Shown here: positions 19,700 to 26,971 of the stretch, piece by piece
How positions within the stretch are numbered: the first letter of the stretch is position 1
How the letters are laid out: each line of letters begins with the position of its first letter
Source of the DNA: Snowella sp.
GTDB taxonomy: Bacteria > Cyanobacteriota > Cyanobacteriia > Cyanobacteriales > Microcystaceae
Assembly: GCA_035285545.1 (NCBI GenBank)
Contig: JAYKGY010000080.1
Coordinates: forward strand, 1 to 30,800
Length of the DNA: 30,800 nucleotides
Direction of reading: 5' to 3'
Notes under the pieces: generated by a model
Told to the model about the DNA's origin: nothing
What the model saw: the letters and a program-made list of their open reading frames with translations, nothing else
The model's database searches: none
Program-made: the position numbers and the translations under genes

Positions 19700-20591
19700 T
19701 CGAGGCAGCAATCATTTTTAATAAGAATAAGCCTGCAATGGAATTACCCTGGGGATCTAAGGTCGGGCTATAGATCGCGATCGCGCCTTGGTTGGGGATA
19801 ATCGATAATACTCCCCCGCTCACGCCTGATTTAGTGGGTAAGCTAATTTCTTGAATCAATTGAGCAGACGCTTCATACAATCCGCAGGTAGCCATTAAGG
19901 TTTGAACGTGTTGAGTATTTTCAGTTTTAATCGAAGATGGCGATCGCGCTAGGAGTAGTCCTAATTGAGCTAAATCTTCAATATTAGCCGTTAAGCAACA
20001 AATTTGGTTATAAGTGTCGAGAGCTTGGTCAATATCTCCCAAATGTCCCCAATTCATCATTTCTTGGGCGAGATCTAAATTTTTCTGATTCGGTCGAGAA
20101 CGGACGGAGGCCAACATGGCTTCATCGAGAAATAGCTGGCATTGCGCCTGGGTATTTAACCAATCCTGTAATGCCAAACAGCGATCGCGGCTTGTTTTTC
20201 CTGATAATAAATCTGCTAAGCGAATGGCTCCACTATTAATCATGGGATTGCGGGGAAATCCTCGGTCTAATTGGAGTTGTTTTAAGGAGTTAAATGGGTA
20301 TTCAGAGGCTTGATTCCCTACTCGTTCAAACACCCACGGACTGCCTTTTTGTTCCAATAAATACAACAATAAAAAGGGCTTAATCAAACTCATTAAGGGA
20401 AATTTTTTTGACTGATTGCCACTTTTGAAGAGTTCTCCAACTGAATCAACAATTAAGACGGCATAATCATCAACATTAACCTGATTGAGTAAGGGAATAT
20501 AGTTGGGAAGCTTACCAGTTTGAGCAATTATTTGTGCTTGTGTGATCCATAAATTCCATTGCTCAGAACTTATGTTTTCTAATAAACGCAT
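19635..20591 (-). CDS. glsA: Glutaminase
   Basis: YIPLL, catalytic SxxK (MSLIKPF), NPMINSGAI, TCGLYEAS, PTKSGVSGG, YSPTLDPQGNS. Confidence 0.93.
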   Translation of the reverse strand: MRLLENISSEQWNLWITQAQIIAQTGKLPNYIPLLNQVNVDDYAVLIVDSVGELFKSGNQSKKFPLMSLIKPFLLLYLLEQKGSPWVFERVGNQASEYPFNSLKQLQLDRGFPRNPMINSGAIRLADLLSGKTSRDRCLALQDWLNTQAQCQLFLDEAMLASVRSRPNQKNLDLAQEMMNWGHLGDIDQALDTYNQICCLTANIEDLAQLGLLLARSPSSIKTENTQHVQTLMATCGLYEASAQLIQEISLPTKSGVSGGVLSIIPNQGAIAIYSPTLDPQGNSIAGLFLLKMIAASIKRNHSATTQEPHSLPQKLDK

Positions 20592-20625
20592 TGATAGTTA
20601 ATAGTTAATAGTTGATAGTTGATAA
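20591..20625. repeat. Heptamer tandem repeat (TTRATAG)x5, STRR-like
   Basis: ttgatag ttaatag ttaatag ttgatag ttgataa. Confidence 0.9.
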
Positions 20626-20658
20626 AAAATTTAGATTTGAAATAAATTAAAATCTTGA

Positions 20659-21210
20659 TTAATGCTGAATCATTTCTAAAATTAAGGCTTTGACTTGTTC
20701 GGGGCTAGCTTCTGCGGATAGGGTTAATAAAGTTTTCTTTCCTTCGTAATATTCTAATAAGGGAATGGTTTTTTCTCGGAAACTTTCAATGCGTTTTTCA
20801 ATAATTTCTGGTTGATCGTCCCAGAGCGATCGCGCCAAAGATCGTTGCATCATCGTTGTTTCACTAATTTGTAAATAAATTGCCCCATCGAGGGGTTGAC
20901 CCAAATCTTCTAGTAAAAAATCGAGTTCTTCAGCTTGAAACGCAGTCCGAGGATAACCTTCTAAAATCCACCCCCCTTTCATATCGGCTTGCAATAATCG
21001 CGATCGCATAAATTCGATCATGGTCATATCAGGGATCAGTTCCCCATTCGTAACGTAGGGTTCCGCTTCTAGTCCTAAAGGCGTTTTAACCGCGATCGCC
21101 TCTCGCAAAATTCCCCCTGTAGAAATCACCGGAATCTGAAGCGTTTGATTTAAGGTATTCGCCTGAGTTCCTTTCCCCGCCCCTGGACCACCGAGCATAA
21201 CTAATCGCAT
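20659..21210 (-). CDS. adk: Adenylate kinase family protein (short-LID paralogue)
   Basis: P-loop GGPGAGKGTQA; ISTGGILR; GELIPD; ILEGYPRT; PLLEYY. Confidence 0.85.
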   Translation of the reverse strand: MRLVMLGGPGAGKGTQANTLNQTLQIPVISTGGILREAIAVKTPLGLEAEPYVTNGELIPDMTMIEFMRSRLLQADMKGGWILEGYPRTAFQAEELDFLLEDLGQPLDGAIYLQISETTMMQRSLARSLWDDQPEIIEKRIESFREKTIPLLEYYEGKKTLLTLSAEASPEQVKALILEMIQH

Positions 21211-21432
21211 AGATAACTGCTCCTAAAATTCCTTTTAATTATAGAATTAAAGCTTATTTAACGAGGCTTTTTCCTGTTTTCTTCCTTACCAAGCCAGTTA
21301 AACACCCTTTTGGCGATAAAATTCCTTACTTTACCTAAAAATCAAGTAAATAGAGGTGATGATAACCCTCCCGACAATCAAAAATCAAAATGATACTATA
21401 CTACTAGAGCCAAGATTTAAGGAGAGTTCACC

Positions 21433-22026
21433 ATTTATACGCCCCCTCTAGCTCGTCTCATTGAACAATTACAACGTTTACCGGGTGTGGGGCCAAAGTC
21501 GGCACAACGATTGGCTTTACATATTTTGAAACGACCCGAAAAAGATGTGCAAGCTCTCGCCCAGGCGTTAATCGATGCCAAAAAGCAAGTGGGTTTATGT
21601 CAAGAATGTTTTCATTTATCTGCCACACCTGTTTGTGAAATTTGCCGCAATCCGAACCGAGAAAAGCAAGTATTATGCGTAGTTCAGGATTCTAGAGATG
21701 TGATTGCCCTCGAAAAAACACGGGAATATAGTGGAAAATATCACGTTTTAGGGGGTGTGATTTCTCCAATGGATGGAATTGGCCCGGAGCAGTTGCATAT
21801 TCAACCCCTCGTTAAACGAGTGAGTAAAGAAGGCATTAAGGAAGTCATTTTAGCCATTAGTCCTAGCATAGAAGGAGAAACCACCACGTTATATGTGGGG
21901 CAGTTACTCAAACCGTTTACAAAAGTAACGCGAATTGCCTTTGGTTTACCGATGGGGGGCGATTTGGAATATGCCGACGAAGTGACCTTAGCCAGAGCCT
22001 TAGAAGGTAGACGAGAATTAGATTAG
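21433..22026 (+). CDS. recR: Recombination mediator RecR (probable ATT start)
   Basis: Hh[14 protein letters not shown]; Zn finger CQEC...CEIC; TOPRIM YHVLGG, EGETT, YADEVTL. The frame extends 18 codons upstream of GTG 21487 to ATT 21433, with SD TAAGGAG at 21418-21424. Confidence 0.95.
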   Translation: MYTPPLARLIEQLQRLPGVGPKSAQRLALHILKRPEKDVQALAQALIDAKKQVGLCQECFHLSATPVCEICRNPNREKQVLCVVQDSRDVIALEKTREYSGKYHVLGGVISPMDGIGPEQLHIQPLVKRVSKEGIKEVILAISPSIEGETTTLYVGQLLKPFTKVTRIAFGLPMGGDLEYADEVTLARALEGRRELD

Positions 22027-22321
22027 GGCATCTGGATTATAAGAAGCATCGATTTCAACGACCATCCCAGTTCGGGGTTGGACGATGGATTTTATTACCA
22101 AAAGATACTTGAATAGATCTATAGATCTTCCCATTAGAGTGCTAGAATTTGATGGATTGAAAGGATCACAACCTTGGGAATAAAAAACTCAAACAAAAAC
22201 CAACAAAAACCATTTAATTTTTGAACAATTATTTATTTGAATAACGACAATAATTCTTGAAACCGCAACAATAGCTTTTGAATAAAGATATTAAACTGTT
22301 GAATGTATATCACTTTATAAA

Positions 22322-22393
22322 AGCCCGTGACGAGGATTGAACTCGTGACCTCACCCTTACCAAGGGTGTGCTCTACCACTGAGCCACACGGGC
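22322..22393 (-). tRNA. trnT: tRNA-Thr(GGT), CCA not encoded
   Basis: Reverse complement GCCCGTGTGGCTCAGTGGTAGAGCACACCCTTGGTAAGGGTGAGGTCACGAGTTCAATCCTCGTCACGGGCT folds as a cloverleaf. Confidence 0.97.
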
Positions 22394-22411
22394 AGACCAT
22401 TACTGGGATTG

Positions 22412-22496
22412 TGGTGGGCCGAGCTGGATTTGAACCAGCGTAGGCATAGCCAGCGGATTTACAGTCCGCCCCCATTAACCACTCGGGCATCGACCC
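22412..22496 (-). tRNA. trnY: tRNA-Tyr(GTA), followed by genomic CCA
   Basis: Reverse complement GGGTCGATGCCCGAGTGGTTAATGGGGGCGGACTGTAAATCCGCTGGCTATGCCTACGCTGGTTCAAATCCAGCTCGGCCCACCA; long variable arm. Confidence 0.97.
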
Positions 22497-22515
22497 ATTC
22501 ACGCCACAATTAAGT

Positions 22516-22543
22516 ATCTTAGCACACAGGTAGCCCAAGTCAA
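22516..22543 (-). promoter_or_regulatory. Sigma70 promoter of the tRNA-Tyr/tRNA-Thr operon
   Basis: Minus strand TTGACT-N16-TAAGAT with extended TG (TGCTAAGAT) and an upstream A-tract, 19 nt before tRNA-Tyr. Confidence 0.75.
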
Positions 22544-22551
22544 ATACTTTT

Positions 22552-24162
22552 TTAGTCCGAAAGTAACCACTGGGACAATTCTTCAAACTGGGGACGAATG
22601 GCATCGAGTTGATTTTGTAACGGTTGTAAAGTCAGTTCATAGGTACGAATTTGGGTTTCAATCTGCATGGCATCCCGCTGTAGTTCCTTCCAAGCATTTT
22701 CTTCCTGCTGTAAATCTTTCCCTTTAGATTCGTTTTCTCGTTCAAGCTGATGAATCATCTCCTGAATGTGTTTAAGGCTTTGATTGAGATGCTGCAAATC
22801 TGCTTCTAATTTCTGCTTAATTTCTTGATTACTGCCTTGTATTCCCTCTAATTGTTCAATAACCGGATCAAGATTAATCGAGGCATAATTATTATCTAAG
22901 TCAACAATCCCTTGACGACGACGGAGAATTCGTAGGTGTTGAACTAAAATATCTTGTCGCTCTTTTAAGTTACGACGTTGGCCGACTAAGGTTTCATCGA
23001 GCATTCGCTTGCGTTCTTGTTCTTCGCTTAATTCTTCTTCGATGGTCATGCGTTCATAATCATTCGCTTGGGATAACTTGGTTTGGAGTTCTTCTACGGC
23101 TTGACACTGAACTGTTAATTCTTCTTCTTGATCATTGACAAAGCGAACAAGTTTATCTAATTCAGCTTGAAGATGTTGAATGATGTCTTCTAATTCATTC
23201 AGCGGCATCACTTCCAAGGCGGCTGTATCGACTTTTTTTTGTTCTGCGGCTGTCCCGACTGAACCCGTGGCAATCCGATAGAGGGTTTTCTGCAATTCGT
23301 TGGTGCTTTCCATTTCCAGCGTAATCTGACGCAGGAGTTCTTGTTTGTGAGTTAGGATATTTTGCTCTAGGACTAATTGGGTTTTAGCATCTGCCAAGGA
23401 AGTCCGGACTGATTCTAATTCTTGGCGACGAATGGCTAAGATTTCATCTTTACGTTGGACTTCTTGATGGAGTTGAGCGACTTTTGCCTTGAATTTATCG
23501 AGATTTTGCCAGTGGTTGTTAAAAATATTCTGTTGCTGATTGACTGAAGCCGTCGCCGTTTGCAAGCTAGTGGCGATCGCCCGGAGTCCGTCGGGATGAA
23601 TGGCAAATCGGTTAATCAGGCTCTGAATTTGTTCCGTTTGTTCAGCGGGCAGATCCAGTAAATTGCCAAATTGTTGTTGAAGGGATTGGAGTTGTCGTCG
23701 TTCAACTTCAAGGCGATCCCAGGCCTGATTAATTTCCTGCTGCTGGCGATTAAGCTGGGCAAGTTCACCCGATTTTTCTTCAATTTCGGATTCTCTGGTG
23801 TCGATCTCCATTTCCCGCCTTGCCAACTCTTGACTTTGGAAAGTGAGGGATTGCTTCCACTGTTCAATTTCTTCTTGTTGATCTTTAAGCTTTTCTGAGA
23901 GACGGGATAATTTTTGCAGTTGACGGACAACTTCTGGAGCCGCAATATCGGGTTTGCCCTGGAGTTGTCGATTATTGCTCAGTTGAAGCATCCAGAGGGT
24001 TCCTTCCCCGACAGTTTCTATGTCTTCGATTGTCAGGATCTCTTCGCTGGGCAACGCGCTCCAAGTCTGATCGCTGTGTTGGCAAGCTAAAAGTTTGAGG
24101 TCTGATTTCAACCCCCCTAAAAAAGTCCGAGTTTGCTTTTTTACTTCTGCTAAATAGAGCAC
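22552..24162 (-). CDS. hmpF: Pilus motility/taxis coiled-coil protein HmpF
   Basis: N-terminus MLYLAEVKKQ...LKLLACQ..DQTWS; EEIEQWKQSLTFQSQEL; FVNDQEEEL; LDETLVGQRRNL; divergent from the pilG/hmpA cluster. Confidence 0.9.
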   Translation of the reverse strand: MLYLAEVKKQTRTFLGGLKSDLKLLACQHSDQTWSALPSEEILTIEDIETVGEGTLWMLQLSNNRQLQGKPDIAAPEVVRQLQKLSRLSEKLKDQQEEIEQWKQSLTFQSQELARREMEIDTRESEIEEKSGELAQLNRQQQEINQAWDRLEVERRQLQSLQQQFGNLLDLPAEQTEQIQSLINRFAIHPDGLRAIATSLQTATASVNQQQNIFNNHWQNLDKFKAKVAQLHQEVQRKDEILAIRRQELESVRTSLADAKTQLVLEQNILTHKQELLRQITLEMESTNELQKTLYRIATGSVGTAAEQKKVDTAALEVMPLNELEDIIQHLQAELDKLVRFVNDQEEELTVQCQAVEELQTKLSQANDYERMTIEEELSEEQERKRMLDETLVGQRRNLKERQDILVQHLRILRRRQGIVDLDNNYASINLDPVIEQLEGIQGSNQEIKQKLEADLQHLNQSLKHIQEMIHQLERENESKGKDLQQEENAWKELQRDAMQIETQIRTYELTLQPLQNQLDAIRPQFEELSQWLLSD

Positions 24163-24269
24163 GATTATGATCCTGTGAATAGGCTCAGACGACTAAAGAC
24201 GGTAATCTTCTAATACTTCAAGATTAACCCAAATTCTTGTTCGATGCAGGCTCTTGTAGAAAGAAATGG

Positions 24270-24278
24270 ATTACACCC
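24270..24278 (-). promoter_or_regulatory. Candidate SigF/SigJ-type -10 element for hmpF
   Basis: Minus strand GGGTGTAAT (GGGnnTAnT), about 110 nt upstream of the hmpF GTG. Confidence 0.35.
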
Positions 24279-24369
24279 TTGTCGATAGTATTCGGTTATT
24301 GAGGAATTCGTCCAGTACACTGAAGAATAGAGCAGTAATTTAAAATATGCAAGTATTGAACATAAAATT

Positions 24370-25566
24370 ATGCAAGGCACGTTAAGTGAAATTGATCTTC
24401 GTAGCATTTTACAATTGATTGAATTAGGCCAAAGAACAGGGCAACTCTTCATTGAAACCTATCGTCCTGCTCGGCGAAGTCAAGAAATGTTAACGGAAGC
24501 CTATCCTGCTCAATCGATTTCTTTGGAACCGGCGACGAGTTGGTTTGTTTTTTTTGTCAATGGTCAAGTCGTTTATGCGGCGGATCAAACCTATAGCCAA
24601 ATGAAACGGTTACGGGATTATTTACGACGCTACAGTATCACCGATGAAGTGCCCTATTTTAATAATTCAGCGATCGCCACCACAAATGATCCGGAATACG
24701 GCTATCTTTGGTTACTGCTCGAAAAAAACATTTTAACGCCTCATCAAGCCCGACATATTATCCGCTGTATGGTTGAGGAAACCTTGTTTGACCTCTTCAA
24801 TGTTCGCCAAGGACGCTTTATTTTTGAAATGGGCAACGCGCTCGATCCGCCCATGATTGCCTTTGAAGTCGGTAGCCTGATTACGCAAACAACCAAGCAG
24901 GTTTGGGAGTGGAAGCAATTTCATCCCCATATTCAATCCCCCGATCAAGCGATGGTTATCACCAATCCGGGACAATTACAGGCGACGCTATCCGATAAGC
25001 TGTATCAACGCTTAATGTTTTGGGCCAATGGAAAAACTGCTTTACGGCAGCTAGCTCGGTATTTACACAGGGATTTACCAACCGTGGCACGGGGACTATA
25101 TCCCTACGCGGAACAAGGGCTATTGCAATTTACTGAGTCCACCTCCGCGATCGCCGCTCCCGCAAGTCCACCTTGGGATCCCTCATCACCAGCCCATTCG
25201 CCGAAAATTGTTTGCATTGATGACGATATTAGTATTGGTAAACAAGTTGAGTTAATCCTCAACCAACAGGGCTACCATTGCCAATGTATCCCCAATCCCC
25301 TCGAAGCGCTCTCCCAAGTATTCCAGTTACAACCTGACCTCATTCTGTGTGATATTACGATGCCCCAATTAGATGGTTACGAAATTTGCGCCATGCTGCG
25401 TCATTCCACCGCTTTCCGTCAAACCCCTCTGATCATGTTAACCGGCAAGGAAACCTTTATGGACAGGGTAAAAGCCCGTATTGTTGGGGCAACGGATTAC
25501 TTAACCAAACCCTTCGGGGCAAGTGAGTTATTACTGTTAACGGAGAAATACTTAAGTGGTCGTTAA
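24370..25566 (+). CDS. pilG: PatA-type response regulator (PATAN/DUF4388 + REC), PilG/HmpA-like
   Basis: MQGTLSEIDLRSILQLIELGQRTGQL N-domain; C-terminal REC CIDD...LCDITMP...LTG...YLTKPF. Confidence 0.85.
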   Translation: MQGTLSEIDLRSILQLIELGQRTGQLFIETYRPARRSQEMLTEAYPAQSISLEPATSWFVFFVNGQVVYAADQTYSQMKRLRDYLRRYSITDEVPYFNNSAIATTNDPEYGYLWLLLEKNILTPHQARHIIRCMVEETLFDLFNVRQGRFIFEMGNALDPPMIAFEVGSLITQTTKQVWEWKQFHPHIQSPDQAMVITNPGQLQATLSDKLYQRLMFWANGKTALRQLARYLHRDLPTVARGLYPYAEQGLLQFTESTSAIAAPASPPWDPSSPAHSPKIVCIDDDISIGKQVELILNQQGYHCQCIPNPLEALSQVFQLQPDLILCDITMPQLDGYEICAMLRHSTAFRQTPLIMLTGKETFMDRVKARIVGATDYLTKPFGASELLLLTEKYLSGR

Positions 25567-25766
25567 AAAAATGCGTTGACTGACAATTACAACCGAAATA
25601 ATACGGAGAACAAAAAAGATGCTTAAAGCGGATGGGATGAAGCATTGAGGGGAACGAATTCATTTAAAAATAGTCAATTTTTTCAGAATGAATTATTATA
25701 AGGAAGCTAAAGAGTCTTTTTAGCGAAATATTTGTATCTTCTTTTGCATCGTTTTCCAAAAAATCT

Positions 25767-25775
25767 GGGCATATT
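25767..25775 (+). promoter_or_regulatory. Candidate SigF/SigJ-type -10 element upstream of pilH
   Basis: GGGCATATT (GGGnnTAnT), 130 nt upstream of ATG 25905, in a 338-nt intergenic gap. Confidence 0.45.
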
Positions 25776-25904
25776 AAGTAAGGAAAACGTTTCAACAGGG
25801 AGAATTGAATGTTATTTTAACTACTAAGATAGGAATGAGAGAAACAGCGTCACTCCGTTCGCCTAAACTCTTGATCCTCAGCGAACCCTGCCGATAGGAC
25901 ATTT

Positions 25905-26270
25905 ATGAGCGAAGTTTTGCTTGTTGAAGATAGCCCCGTTCAGCGAGAGATGATTTCTGGCATCCTCAAAAAGAGTGGCTGGAAAGTAACCATAGCCTGT
26001 GATGGGGTCGAAGCCTTAGAACATCTAAAAACCTTTAGCCCGGATCTGGTGGTACTGGATATTGTGATGCCAAAAATGAATGGTTATGAAGTTTGCCGTC
26101 GAATTAAATCAGACCCGAAAACGAAAAATGTCCCTGTGGTGATGTGTTCTTCAAAGGGGGAAGAATTTGATCGCTATTGGGGAATGCGCCAAGGGGCAGA
26201 TGCTTATATTGCCAAACCATTTCAGGAAGTTGAATTGGTCGGAACAATTAAGCAACTTCTTCGAGGCTAG
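25905..26270 (+). CDS. pilH: CheY-like response regulator PilH/HmpB
   Basis: LVEDS...VLDIVMP...CSSKGEEFDRYWGMRQGADAYIAKPF. Confidence 0.9.
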   Translation: MSEVLLVEDSPVQREMISGILKKSGWKVTIACDGVEALEHLKTFSPDLVVLDIVMPKMNGYEVCRRIKSDPKTKNVPVVMCSSKGEEFDRYWGMRQGADAYIAKPFQEVELVGTIKQLLRG

Positions 26271-26317
26271 CTCAGGATTACTCCAGCCCTTAACCCGCAA
26301 GAAAGGAAATCAATTGA

Positions 26318-26854
26318 ATGGATGATAAGTCGGAATTTTTAGTTGATGATAACCCGGAAGGGATGAGTCCAGAGTTCCAGACGCTTCAGGCGTTGGAAGG
26401 GGAATTACATCTCCGTTTTTTTCTTCCTTCTGCTGAGGAATTCGCGCTCCCTGCGATCGCGATTCGGGAGGTGATGCAACAAACCCCCGATCGAATCACC
26501 CCGATTCCTAACGCTTCTCCCTTACTGCTAGGAACGATTAATCTTCGGGGTCAGGTCATTTGGGTCGCAGATTTAGGGCAATTTCTCGGTAATCCTATGG
26601 CTTTGAATACGGATCGGGTAGAAATTCCCATTATCGCCGTAGAAGATCAAGAAACCTTGTTAGGATTAGCGATCGAATCTTTGGGAGAAATGGCTTGGTT
26701 AAATATTGAGCATCTACAAACCGCGAGTAATGTTCCTGACCATATTGCGCCTTATGTTCAAGGGGAATGGATTTCAGGAGACGGAGAGTCTCAACAAATA
26801 TTGCGTCTGTTAGATCATGTCGCGATTTTGCGATCGGCCCGATGGGCTACGTAA
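26318..26854 (+). CDS. pilI: CheW-like adaptor PilI/HmpC
   Basis: ITPIPNASPLLLGTINLRGQVIWVADL CheW motif. Confidence 0.9.
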   Translation: MDDKSEFLVDDNPEGMSPEFQTLQALEGELHLRFFLPSAEEFALPAIAIREVMQQTPDRITPIPNASPLLLGTINLRGQVIWVADLGQFLGNPMALNTDRVEIPIIAVEDQETLLGLAIESLGEMAWLNIEHLQTASNVPDHIAPYVQGEWISGDGESQQILRLLDHVAILRSARWAT

Positions 26855-26971
26855 GCTGGGTGAGCAACGATTGTGTTGATTCGTGTTTATTTTTTGACTT
26901 ATTTTTATTTCGTATTTTCTTAACTAACTGAACTCTAACTGATTAACCACCAACCGACAGGAGATAGGCAA

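Noticed and set aside
21433..21486. recR as a 5'-truncated pseudogene
   Set aside because: The N-terminal coding sequence is intact and in frame with a well-placed strong SD, which fits a non-canonical start better.
22027..22393. Integrated island or prophage at tRNA-Thr
   Set aside because: No integrase and no duplicated tRNA 3' end seen in the window; flanking genes are core.
22233..22604. 123-aa minus-strand ORF
   Set aside because: It runs across tRNA-Tyr, tRNA-Thr and their promoter; spurious.
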